Under the pieces are notes generated by a model that had not been told where the DNA came from, did not search any database, and worked only from the letters and a program-made list of their open reading frames with translations. A DNA stretch of 64,000 nt from Bacteroidota bacterium (GTDB lineage Bacteria; Bacteroidota; Bacteroidia; Flavobacteriales_D; Crocinitomicaceae): assembly GCA_041191505.1 (NCBI GenBank), contig JBEEOT010000008.1, positions 10,348-74,347 of the forward strand, read 5' to 3'. This document shows, one piece after another, positions 44,501 to 52,350 of this stretch. The position numbers and the translations under genes were made by a program. Numbering within the stretch: the stretch's first letter is position 1; each line of letters starts with the position of its first letter.

Positions 44501-47500
44501 CAGAAGGTGTCCAGACTGGTGTTATTGAAGGGCAACCAGATGCAGTACCATTCCATGTGCCACTCCAGTATGGGTAGTAGTTGGTAACTAAGTTAGCTCC
44601 TGCTCCATCTTGAATCGTAAAATAAGGCTCACTTGGCCAAGAAGCGGCAGTGAAAGTTACTTGAATTGGTGCGCCGTTAGAGGCAGTGAAAGTAAATGGC
44701 ACCGGACCAGCACCCCAACCGGTGATGCCAATATTTGTCAAGACTGGAACCCCTCCCACCAATACGGTAGCGGTACAACCATTCCAACCATCACCATAAG
44801 AATCGTAAAGAATAATGGTGTGGGTACAAGACGTATTGAAGTTAACCGTTGCGTTCATGTTCGCAGGCTGACCACTACAAATAGTTACGTCAGTACCAGC
44901 ATTCACAACCGGCGAAGGTAATACGGTTACCGTACGCGTTGCGGTTGAAGGCGGACACCAAGTTGTTGGGTTGGTGATGGTATAAGTCATGGTTGCCGTG
45001 CCAGCAGATACACCCGTAACTACTCCCGTATTCGGGTTGATCGTCGCAATGGCGTTGTTACTAGAAGACCAAGTACCACCTGTGCTTGTTGTCGAGAAAT
45101 TGACTGTAGCACCAGCACAAACCGATTGCGTACCCGCAAGTGGTGCAATTTGAGCAGTTGCTTGAACAGTAATGGTATTTGAAACAGGACCAGTAGATGT
45201 ACAACCCGATGCATTCAGGTAGTTCAAAGAAACGGTTTGGCTACCGCTAGTTAAATACTGAACGGTTGTTGTATTTGATGTAGTTGTTCCACCAGAGATG
45301 ATGTTGTAATTGACTCCAGCTGTACCTGGGAAGCCCCATGTGTATGCTTGCATACCTGCCTGTGTAGTATAGGTATAATCAGTAAATGTACATGCTTGGT
45401 TGCCAGGAGTTACCGTAAAGCTAGGTGTAAACGGAACGGCTGCAATAATTTGAACGTTGTAATCTTCTGTTTCACCATAGTAGTAGGTAGCACACGGATC
45501 AATTGATGCACCTGGTGTGTAGTAAACACCTCTTACACGCATGCGGTGCGTACCAAGTGGCGGCGTACAAGCCAAGTTGATATTGAAAGATACCGTTTGG
45601 AAAGCAGCGGTAGTATAAGCTGTAGAGAAACCTACTTTTTCTGAAGCTTCAAAGGTGTAGTTGTCATTGTAATCAATCCAAACCGCGAAAGCTTGATATG
45701 GGAAAGAACCACAAGATACTTGCACTTGATAGCTAGAGGCCGCAGACATAACAGCTGCTGGCAAGTTATTGTAATAAGTATAATAAGGACTTGATGTAGA
45801 TGTTCCTGAGTTATTACTCAAAGTTGTTCCTGTGATTGCTACATTCGAAATCAAGTCACCATATTGTGTGCCGTAAACGTAGGCTGGGTTACAATAAGGA
45901 TTGTATAGAATTTGAACAGGATTCGATGTAGCAGTGCTAGAAGAGTTCGTACAAGTCACAACACATTGATACCATGTTGTGGCGGTTGGTGTAGCGACAT
46001 AATTGTATGAATTGGCGCCAGAAATGTTCGTCCAAGGCCCTGTTGCACTTGGTGCACTTTGCCATTGGTAAGTTACACCTGTACCAGATGTGTTGTTTTG
46101 TAATGACAACGAAGTAGTTTGACCCGCAAAAATAGACGTTGCACTTGCAAGGGTATTACCCGGTGTTGGTGTTCCAGCACATGGCGGTGGAAGTGTTACT
46201 GTAAAGCAGTAATCTTCTGTTTCACCGTAGTAGTAGAGGTTGTGTGCGTAATTGGTCGCAGTTGCACTTGATTCAGCGTTCACTACACGCATGCGAGTTG
46301 TACCGAGGGTTGCTCCAGCTGGCACCAAGAAAGAACCAGTAATAGTTTGGTTACCATAAGCACCCGTTGGCTGGTTGTAAACAAATTCACCAGCGTCTAG
46401 GAAATCGCCATCTTGGTTGAAGTCAACAAAAACCTGGAAAATGTTGGTATATGCACCACCACAAGAAGTCTGTGTCAAGCTGAAGTTAACGACATCACCT
46501 TGGTTCACAGAAGGGCCCGTTACAAAACCAGTGTAATTAGAATAACGTTGGTTGATGGATCCAGTACCTGGCGCTGTAGTGGCACAAGTTGAACTGTTGT
46601 TCATAGTACCAACCGTTACATTCGTGATTTCTTCATCGTAAGTAGTATTTGAATAGTTTGCAGGATATGACCCACATTCACACTGACCACCTGCTGGCGT
46701 AAAGGACACAACGTTTGAGTTATTGCTACTTGCAGAATATAAACAAGCTGTCACCATTCGGTAGTAGGTTGTTGCGGCTGTGGCTGTAGTGTAAGACAAT
46801 GAGCTAGCACCAGAAATATTTGTCCAAGGACCAGTTGCCGAAGGAGCACTTTGCCATTGGTAAGATATACCATTACCAATAGAAAGACCACTCGCAGTCA
46901 ATGTGATACTTTGATTCGGACAACCTGTAGAAGCAGTGATTGTCGAAGAACCTGCATTTGGTGTACCAGAACAGTTTGGTGCTGGAATTACAGTGATGCG
47001 GAAATCTTTGGTTTCACCATAAGTAAGCGTTGAACAAGCAGAACTTGAACTTAGCGTATAACCTGCATATTCAGTTCTAATGCGCATGGCAATTTCACCG
47101 TTAAATGCGTTATTTGGAACGGTAACTGCAACCGTTCCAGACCACATTAACCATGATGTATTGGAACCAAACGACACGTATTCAGTTGTTTCGAATACCG
47201 TGTTGTTATTCCAATCAAACCAAGCGCCAGCAGCATTATAGTAACCTGTATTTAAGGTCAGGTTGTAAGTAACACCCGCCATAACGGTTGTGGTCGTTGA
47301 AGCAGCCGGGTAAGAAGCATAGAAAGGAGATGCTAACGAACCACTTGCTGTATGTGACAGCGTATTGAAATTCACCGAATTGATCATGCCGTAGTAGCCT
47401 GATCCGGCACCATAATAGGAGGTAGAAATACATGGGCCCGTTACAATTTGAATTGGGTTTGAAGTACCTGCATTCACGCCACAAGTGACGACACAGCGGT

Positions 47501-48503
47501 ACCAAGTTGGTGCCGAGTATGTAAGCAAGTAAGTGGCTGCCGTTGCCCCCGAAATGTTTGTCCAAGGACCTGTAGAGGAAGTTCCAGACTGCCATTGGTA
47601 AGTTGCACCTGTTCCAGTTGCGTTTTGTAAAGACAAGGTGGTGGTTGCGCCTACTGGCACTGCTGCAAAAGTAGCGAGTGTGTTTCCTGGAGTTGGCGTT
47701 CCAGAACAGCCAGAGCACGGCCCTACTCCAACATAAGCAATAGAAGTTGTTCTACATGCTGAAACCGAGGAACAAGCAGAATTCCCACTCCAATGGCAAT
47801 AATAAGTACCTGCAACTGTTGAGGTCCAGGTAAGAGGCCCTACACCAGATGCAATCACCGGACCTGAAACAGATCCTTGTCTGACTGTAATAAAATCTGT
47901 TGCTACACTAGATGAAACACGATACGCAGTACCAGCTACAACCGAGCTTAAAGTGGAATATTCTCCACCATAACTACAAGTTGAAAAATTCACTGAGCCG
48001 GCTGTTGGTGCTGTTGCAGAACCATAAGCAGAAGTATTTGAACATTGGAGACCGTTCGTTGCGCCACAAGATGCACAACTTATTGTAGTAGTTGTACAGC
48101 CTGATGCGGTTCCACAAGCACTGTTTGTATTCCAGTGTGCGTAATAGGTACCTGCACATGGAGCCGTAAACTGTAGCGGTGAAAAGCCAGCTGCTACAAC
48201 CGTTCCATTTGAAGTTCCAAAACGAATGGTAATAAATGAACCAGCGGCGCTATTCGTTACAACATATCTGTTGCCCGCAACAACACTCGAAATCGTGGAG
48301 TATTCAGACAAATAGGAACATGTAGAAATGGTTGTAACGGCGGTTCCTGTCGGAGCAACAGCGGAGCCATAAGCACTGGTGTTGGTACATTGTGAAAAAG
48401 TTGTACCATACGATGCGGATAGAAACATCGCAAATAGGAGAAAGAACTGAAACAACGTTCTTTTTTTTGCCGTTTTTAGCGGCGAGGATAGCAGTTTATA
48501 CAT
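41568..48503 (-). CDS. giant (2311 aa) modular T9SS-secreted surface protein / adhesin
   Basis: Signal peptide, then in order: 2x Cys-rich module, 3x (Ig-like + GEVED-type YGETEDY module), a PKD-like module, 3x Big_2-like modules, 9x 72-aa Ig-like repeats, and a type-A-like CTD (VQPNPTDAIFTL...GIYFLKV). Confidence 0.9.
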   Translation of the reverse strand: MYKLLSSPLKTAKKRTLFQFFLLFAMFLSASYGTTFSQCTNTSAYGSAVAPTGTAVTTISTCSYLSEYSTISSVVAGNRYVVTNSAAGSFITIRFGTSNGTVVAAGFSPLQFTAPCAGTYYAHWNTNSACGTASGCTTTTISCASCGATNGLQCSNTSAYGSATAPTAGSVNFSTCSYGGEYSTLSSVVAGTAYRVSSSVATDFITVRQGSVSGPVIASGVGPLTWTSTVAGTYYCHWSGNSACSSVSACRTTSIAYVGVGPCSGCSGTPTPGNTLATFAAVPVGATTTLSLQNATGTGATYQWQSGTSSTGPWTNISGATAATYLLTYSAPTWYRCVVTCGVNAGTSNPIQIVTGPCISTSYYGAGSGYYGMINSVNFNTLSHTASGSLASPFYASYPAASTTTTVMAGVTYNLTLNTGYYNAAGAWFDWNNNTVFETTEYVSFGSNTSWLMWSGTVAVTVPNNAFNGEIAMRIRTEYAGYTLSSSSACSTLTYGETKDFRITVIPAPNCSGTPNAGSSTITASTGCPNQSITLTASGLSIGNGISYQWQSAPSATGPWTNISGASSLSYTTATAATTYYRMVTACLYSASSNNSNVVSFTPAGGQCECGSYPANYSNTTYDEEITNVTVGTMNNSSTCATTAPGTGSINQRYSNYTGFVTGPSVNQGDVVNFSLTQTSCGGAYTNIFQVFVDFNQDGDFLDAGEFVYNQPTGAYGNQTITGSFLVPAGATLGTTRMRVVNAESSATATNYAHNLYYYGETEDYCFTVTLPPPCAGTPTPGNTLASATSIFAGQTTSLSLQNNTSGTGVTYQWQSAPSATGPWTNISGANSYNYVATPTATTWYQCVVTCTNSSSTATSNPVQILYNPYCNPAYVYGTQYGDLISNVAITGTTLSNNSGTSTSSPYYTYYNNLPAAVMSAASSYQVQVSCGSFPYQAFAVWIDYNDNYTFEASEKVGFSTAYTTAAFQTVSFNINLACTPPLGTHRMRVRGVYYTPGASIDPCATYYYGETEDYNVQIIAAVPFTPSFTVTPGNQACTFTDYTYTTQAGMQAYTWGFPGTAGVNYNIISGGTTTSNTTTVQYLTSGSQTVSLNYLNASGCTSTGPVSNTITVQATAQIAPLAGTQSVCAGATVNFSTTSTGGTWSSSNNAIATINPNTGVVTGVSAGTATMTYTITNPTTWCPPSTATRTVTVLPSPVVNAGTDVTICSGQPANMNATVNFNTSCTHTIILYDSYGDGWNGCTATVLVGGVPVLTNIGITGWGAGPVPFTFTASNGAPIQVTFTAASWPSEPYFTIQDGAGANLVTNYYPYWSGTWNGTASGCPSITPVWTPSASLSNAGILNPVATPTATTTYIVSATGTNGCVGSDQVVVNVNQSPANAPIVAPSILCVGNNATVSNPVPNGTWSSSTPSLMSLNGSTGDIVGMSAGTATVAYTTTATNGCTSTTTANIAVEALPVATITSSNGNSICQGSATTLSAPAAASYAWNTGATTPTISVTAGGSYAVTITSAAGCVSNPSAPLALTVNQPPVVNVALSGPTTFCSGSSVTLTATGGSSYLWNNGTFTAANTVNTSGTYFPICTDNNGCSATGAPIVVNVLPVPAATITANGPTSFCDGGSVILSANGAGSYIWNNGQTASSISVSTSGSYTYTLTAANGCSTTSAATIVTAAPMPIVSAIAGSNSVCVGATQQYTNATTGGVWSSSNANVASVDANGQISGLQGGTATINYTVTNSGACSTTVTKQVLVQAVPTPQVFTNGPTTFCPGASVVLTAENADAYVWSTGETSQSIAVTTGGPVTVQTTHQGCSATSAPVLVSLYSVSNPIVTTNNVAICQGTAATLSSSTAASYLWSNGSTNSSINVSTAGNYSVTVTDANGCTASSAPLAIAVSSNPTVAISAAGSTSFCQGQSVTLNSNTNGTSYVWSNGATTPSITATTSGIYFVTVTNAAGCSTVSNEILVNAQTSFTPSITAVSPTTVCAGAYATLVASPGASYVWSNGQTTQGVNVGLNGPVTVTVTNTQGCTGTSAPINVTVLPVPTTTISASGPLTFCEGGSVTLTAGGANTYVWANNSTSVTQTIMSPGTYVVTGYGANGCPDLAEVVVTVNEAPSADLILDGNASLCPGESLTISAQPGNTYSWSNGPATSEITVNAPGTYSCLTTSANGCTTASEQIVVTAAQPTSTTLNVTALQSYVLNEIIYTQSGTYTQVLLNAAGCDSTITLNLTLTVGLDENGFVSFSVQPNPTDAIFTLKASEALYSTYVIQDAQGKVVSTGTLTGTSTTIDIDQVARGIYFLKVAEAAEAIRIVKN
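41958..43244 (-). repeat. six tandem 71-73-aa two-Cys Ig-like repeats (aa 1754-2182)
   Basis: Same consensus as 43479..44129, for example ICQGTAATLSSSTAASYLWSNGSTNSSINVSTAGNYSVTVTDANGC. Confidence 0.8.
43479..44129 (-). repeat. three tandem ~72-aa two-Cys Ig-like repeats (aa 1459-1675)
   Basis: The consensus is ..G.T.FC.G.SV.L.A.G..SY.W..G.T...I.V...G.Y.V.....GC. Confidence 0.8.
45432..47699 (-). repeat. three consecutive units of [Ig-like YQWQ..GPWTNISGA module + GEVED-type module]
   Basis: Ig-like modules at aa 269-357, 510-607 and 775-869 share TYQWQS(A/G)..(S/A)TGPWTNISGA...Y.CVVTC. Interleaved modules end in YGETKDF, YYGETEDY and YYGETEDY. The GPWTNISGA-coding stretch of about 50 nt recurs near 47541-47600, 46811-46865 and 46021-46075. 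Confidence 0.8.
47700..48389 (-). repeat. tandem duplication of a 115-aa Cys-rich module (aa 39-153 and 154-268)
   Basis: Copy 1 is CTNTSAYGSAVAPTG...STCSY..EYSTISSVVAG...AGTYYAHWNTNSAC. Copy 2 is CSNTSAYGSATAPTAG...STCSYGGEYSTLSSVVAG...AGTYYCHWSGNSAC. Confidence 0.8.
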
Positions 48504-48697
48504 AGTTTATAGTTTGTTACAATTTTAATCCAAACGCGTAAGGCATTTGCTACTAGGAGCTTAAATTTATCCACAAACATTGGCAATCTGCATTTAGTTG
48601 AATATTCATAGGTGTTTAATGAATAAAAATAACATCCTGTCGATTATTACGATTTTGTTATCTGTTTTTTAAGAAAGCATAACCCTTGAAAAATGAC

Positions 48698-48705
48698 TAT
48701 TTTTG
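48698..48705 (+). promoter_or_regulatory. candidate -7 box (TAttTTTG), 9 nt before the metallophosphoesterase ATG
   Basis: Exact TAnnTTTG. Confidence 0.45.
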
Positions 48706-48714
48706 TTAATAACT

Positions 48715-49239
48715 ATGAAACGCATCGGCTTACTCTCTGATACCCACGGTTTTTTAGACCCTAAAGTCTGGAAATACTTCGCTGATGTCGATGAAATTTG
48801 GCATGCTGGCGACATCGGAGATTTGGCCACCCTTGAGGCCCTCGAACAATTCAAACCTTTGCGCGTGGTTTATGGCAACATAGACGACCACCGCCTGCGC
48901 GCCGCTTGCCCTGAATTTTTACGTTTTCAAATAGAAGATGTTCAAGTACTCATGACCCACATAGGTGGTCGGCCAGGAAAATACGCCAAACCCGCCTTAG
49001 AGGCCTTACTTCAAGGACCTTCCCCACAATTATTCGTATGCGGGCACTCTCACATCGCGCTTGCGCAATACGACAAACGCTTTCAAATGCTTTGGCTTAA
49101 CCCTGGCGCGTGTGGCTACAAGGGCTTTCATCAGGTCAAAACGATATTTAGGTTTTCCATCACTGGTCCTCAAATCCATGATTTGGAGTGCATTGAACTT
49201 GGACCTCGCATCAGTAAACTTACCGATACAAATCAGTAA
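48715..49239 (+). CDS. YfcE/MJ0936-type metallophosphoesterase
   Basis: Motifs IGLLSDTHG, WHAGDIGD, YGNID, THIGG and CGHSH. Start trimmed to 48715. Confidence 0.85.
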   Translation: MKRIGLLSDTHGFLDPKVWKYFADVDEIWHAGDIGDLATLEALEQFKPLRVVYGNIDDHRLRAACPEFLRFQIEDVQVLMTHIGGRPGKYAKPALEALLQGPSPQLFVCGHSHIALAQYDKRFQMLWLNPGACGYKGFHQVKTIFRFSITGPQIHDLECIELGPRISKLTDTNQ

Positions 49240-49314
49240 TTCAAGAAAGTTCCGTATTTCTACTGAGTAAAACCATTCACCCCTTCTCTAATTTCGTTTT
49301 CAAACTGATTGAAA

Positions 49315-51051
49315 ATGAAAAAACTTCTTACCACTTTATTATTGCTAAACACCGTCATTATTTTTGGACAAGGCTGTATCGTTGATTATTCCCAAAACCA
49401 AGTTGGCATTTACCCCGACACGCTTCCCACCGGAACTGTAGGGCAGTTTTACAGTCAAGACATCACATTTGTATTACCCCTAGACACCATGGGTTTTGAC
49501 TTCACCAATTTTGAAATTCTAACGATCACACTTCCTGTTGGCTTAAATTGGTCTTGTAATAATACAAGCGCAAACTGCAACTACAACCCGCAAGTTTCTA
49601 ACCTAGGTTGCGTACAAATTTATGGCACCCCTCTTCTTGCTGGCAATTTCACGGTTCAAGTAACCATTCTTGCAGACCTCACTATCTTATCTGGCTATCC
49701 CTTCGTTTTTGAACTGCCACTTCAAATATCGACACCCCCCGTCAATTCCGTTAATATCGGCTTTTCAATCACAGGTGCGCCCGCTTGTGCACCTGCACTC
49801 ATTGAATTTAACAATCTACACCCGGGCCTACTCTATTATTACTGGGATTTTGGCAATGGCAACTTTTCTTTAGAAGAAAATCCTTCACCGCAATATTATC
49901 TTGGGTCAGGCACATATGTGGTCCAATATGAGGCCTATACTGCGCTCGATACCACACTTATATATACTCTAGAAAATTTAGCGATCAACAGCATGACGAA
50001 TTTCGGCGGCGGCTTCCCTTCTTTTGAAAGCGCCGACGCCTATTTTAAAATCCTTGAAAACGGGACTCCTGTTTATCAATCTACCATCATTGGGGATCAA
50101 AACCCACCCGTGTTCTGGACGCTCAATTTAAACATCAACCCAAATAACTCTTATCAAATAGAAATATGGGAGGCCGACAATAGCTACGGAGAACCCTATT
50201 TTGGTGCAGACGACTTCATCGGCAGCATGGTGCTCAACCTGAATGGTTGCACAGCTTGTCTGGCTGGAACTGCTAATGTCAATTATCAGATTAGTGAGCT
50301 CGAGCTCTTGCCCGCCCCTGCCGTTCTTGCCATTGACACGCTCGTTGTTTACGCTGTTCCGGCAATACCCCTTATCAATTTTGATTCACTTTCCCATATC
50401 CTAAACACTCCCAACCTCAGCCTTTACTACCAATGGTATTTAAATGGTTCACCCATTCCGGGTGCAACCGATACAGAACTGGTCATTCAACAGAGCGGCA
50501 ATTATTATTTAGTAGCAATCAATGCTAACGGTTGCGTGGCTTTTTCAGATACCTTAACAGCCGTTTACTGCAATCCTAATCTTCAGCCGTCACTTGCCGA
50601 AAATGACGGAGCCATTTACATCTCAAATGCAGTTCAAAACGCCACATTTTCTTGGTTTCTGGATGGACAAATAATTCCGAACGCACAAGGCAACACGTTT
50701 AATTACACCCAAAATGGAATTTATCAATGTGTGGTCACAGACCCATTTGGTTGCGCAGACACCTCGAGTATCCTTCTAATGAATGTTGGCAACCAAAACA
50801 ATTCTTTAGAAAACCCGAAAATCTTTCCGAATCCGGCCAAAGATGTTCTTAACATCTCCCTACCGGGCCATTGGCTTGGTTCATCACTTGACATCATTGA
50901 CCTTTTCGGAAAAGTTATTTACACCGAACGCTCCATTAACCAAGCATTTTCGATACCATTAAACACCATTCAATCTGGCACTTACCTTATTCGATGCTCA
51001 GCTCAAAACAACCTTTACTATCAACTCATCAGTATTTCTTTATCGCAGTAA
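49315..51051 (+). CDS. T9SS-secreted protein with PKD-like and Ig-like modules
   Basis: Signal peptide. PKD-like motif YYWDFGNGNFS. Ig-like modules (YYQWYLNGSPIPGATDTELVIQQSGNYYLVAINANGC, FSWFLDGQIIPNAQGNTFNYTQNGIYQCVVTDPFGC). The CTD is IFPNPAKDVLNISL...GTYLIRC. ATG at 49315 (ORF-track TTG at 49309). Confidence 0.8.
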   Translation: MKKLLTTLLLLNTVIIFGQGCIVDYSQNQVGIYPDTLPTGTVGQFYSQDITFVLPLDTMGFDFTNFEILTITLPVGLNWSCNNTSANCNYNPQVSNLGCVQIYGTPLLAGNFTVQVTILADLTILSGYPFVFELPLQISTPPVNSVNIGFSITGAPACAPALIEFNNLHPGLLYYYWDFGNGNFSLEENPSPQYYLGSGTYVVQYEAYTALDTTLIYTLENLAINSMTNFGGGFPSFESADAYFKILENGTPVYQSTIIGDQNPPVFWTLNLNINPNNSYQIEIWEADNSYGEPYFGADDFIGSMVLNLNGCTACLAGTANVNYQISELELLPAPAVLAIDTLVVYAVPAIPLINFDSLSHILNTPNLSLYYQWYLNGSPIPGATDTELVIQQSGNYYLVAINANGCVAFSDTLTAVYCNPNLQPSLAENDGAIYISNAVQNATFSWFLDGQIIPNAQGNTFNYTQNGIYQCVVTDPFGCADTSSILLMNVGNQNNSLENPKIFPNPAKDVLNISLPGHWLGSSLDIIDLFGKVIYTERSINQAFSIPLNTIQSGTYLIRCSAQNNLYYQLISISLSQ

Positions 51052-51066
51052 CCCATAAATTAACTG

Positions 51067-51074
51067 TAATTTTG
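51067..51074 (+). promoter_or_regulatory. candidate -7 box (TAatTTTG), 4 nt before the GTG of the MFS gene
   Basis: Exact TAnnTTTG. CCCC separates it from the GTG at 51079. Confidence 0.4.
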
Positions 51075-51078
51075 CCCC

Positions 51079-52314
51079 GTGAAAGAAAACAAAAGCCCGC
51101 TCAGCAAGTACCAATGGTTGGTAGTTGCCATCTTAGCCCTCACCCAATTTACGGTAGTTTTAGATTTCATGGTGATGTCCCCCTTAGGAGACCTCCTCAT
51201 GAAAGACTTGCAAGTCAAACCCTATCAGTTTGGAATTGTCGTTTCAAGTTATGCACTCGCCGCAGGCCTTTCAGGTTTTCTAACTGCGGGTTTTGCAGAT
51301 CGTTTTGACCGCAAGCGCTTGTTGGTTTTCTTTTACTCGGGCTTTATCATTGGCACCTCGTTTTGCGGTCTCGCGCAGTCTTATGAACAGCTTGTATTAG
51401 CACGTATTTTTACGGGAATTTTTGGAGGTGTGATGTCTTCGATTGCTATGGCCGTTGTTGCCGACCTATTTAGCCTACAACAACGCGGACGCGTCATGGG
51501 TTTTATGCAAATGGGCTTTGGCCTGAGCCAAATTTTAGGGATTCCAATTAGCTTGTATATTGCTGCAAAATCCAACTGGCAAACCCCATTTTACATGATT
51601 GTAATTTTATCACTGATCATGCTAACAGCTATTTTAATGGGCATGAAACCCGTTCGCACGCACCTCGACCGACAAACGGAAAAATCGGCATTCAAGCACT
51701 TATTGGCAACAATTAAAAACCGCAATTACCGCATTGGTTTTATGGCCACTGCATTTATGTCGCTAGGCGGTTACTTCATGATGCCATGGGGCAGCGCTTT
51801 CGCTGTTAACAATGTGGGGATCTCACAAAAAGAACTTCCTCTTTTATTTATGATTGTCGGGGTTTCTACCTTTATGATCATGCCGCTCATTGGCTTGCTC
51901 GCCGATAAAATCAATAAATTCCAACTTTTTATGTGGGCATCCATTACCATGATATTTTCCGTTTTGGTATATGTACACCTTGGCGAAACCAGTCTTTTGA
52001 TCTTAATTGTCGTCAATATTTTCATGATGGGTGGCATCATGGCTCGCATGGTGCCCTCTCAGGCCCTCACGAGCTCTGTTCCAGAACTCCACGACCGCGG
52101 TGCGTTTATGAGCATCAATTCTTCGCTTCAGCAAATTGCGGGTGGTATTGCCGCAATTATTGGCGGTAAAATAGTTTGGCAAGCGAGCCCGAGTGCTCCA
52201 CTCATGAATTTTGACCTACTAGGTTATGTTGTTGTGGCCGTTATCATCATCAATATCTACCTGACGCGACGCGTCTATCTTTACGTCGACCGTAAAAACA
52301 AAGAGGCGGCCTAG
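51079..52314 (+). CDS. MFS transporter (DHA1-like)
   Basis: 12 TM segments. The GFADRFDRKRLL loop is MFS motif A-like. GTG start. Confidence 0.85.
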   Translation: MKENKSPLSKYQWLVVAILALTQFTVVLDFMVMSPLGDLLMKDLQVKPYQFGIVVSSYALAAGLSGFLTAGFADRFDRKRLLVFFYSGFIIGTSFCGLAQSYEQLVLARIFTGIFGGVMSSIAMAVVADLFSLQQRGRVMGFMQMGFGLSQILGIPISLYIAAKSNWQTPFYMIVILSLIMLTAILMGMKPVRTHLDRQTEKSAFKHLLATIKNRNYRIGFMATAFMSLGGYFMMPWGSAFAVNNVGISQKELPLLFMIVGVSTFMIMPLIGLLADKINKFQLFMWASITMIFSVLVYVHLGETSLLILIVVNIFMMGGIMARMVPSQALTSSVPELHDRGAFMSINSSLQQIAGGIAAIIGGKIVWQASPSAPLMNFDLLGYVVVAVIIINIYLTRRVYLYVDRKNKEAA

Positions 52315-52350
52315 ACCACCTCTTTTCACAATTCCAATACAGCTCAAGGC

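Noticed and set aside
52315-52350. Possible terminator between the convergent MFS and RND genes (AGAGG...CCTCT).
   Set aside because: The stem is 5 bp with a 12-nt loop, and only a short TTTT follows. It is not distinguishable from chance.
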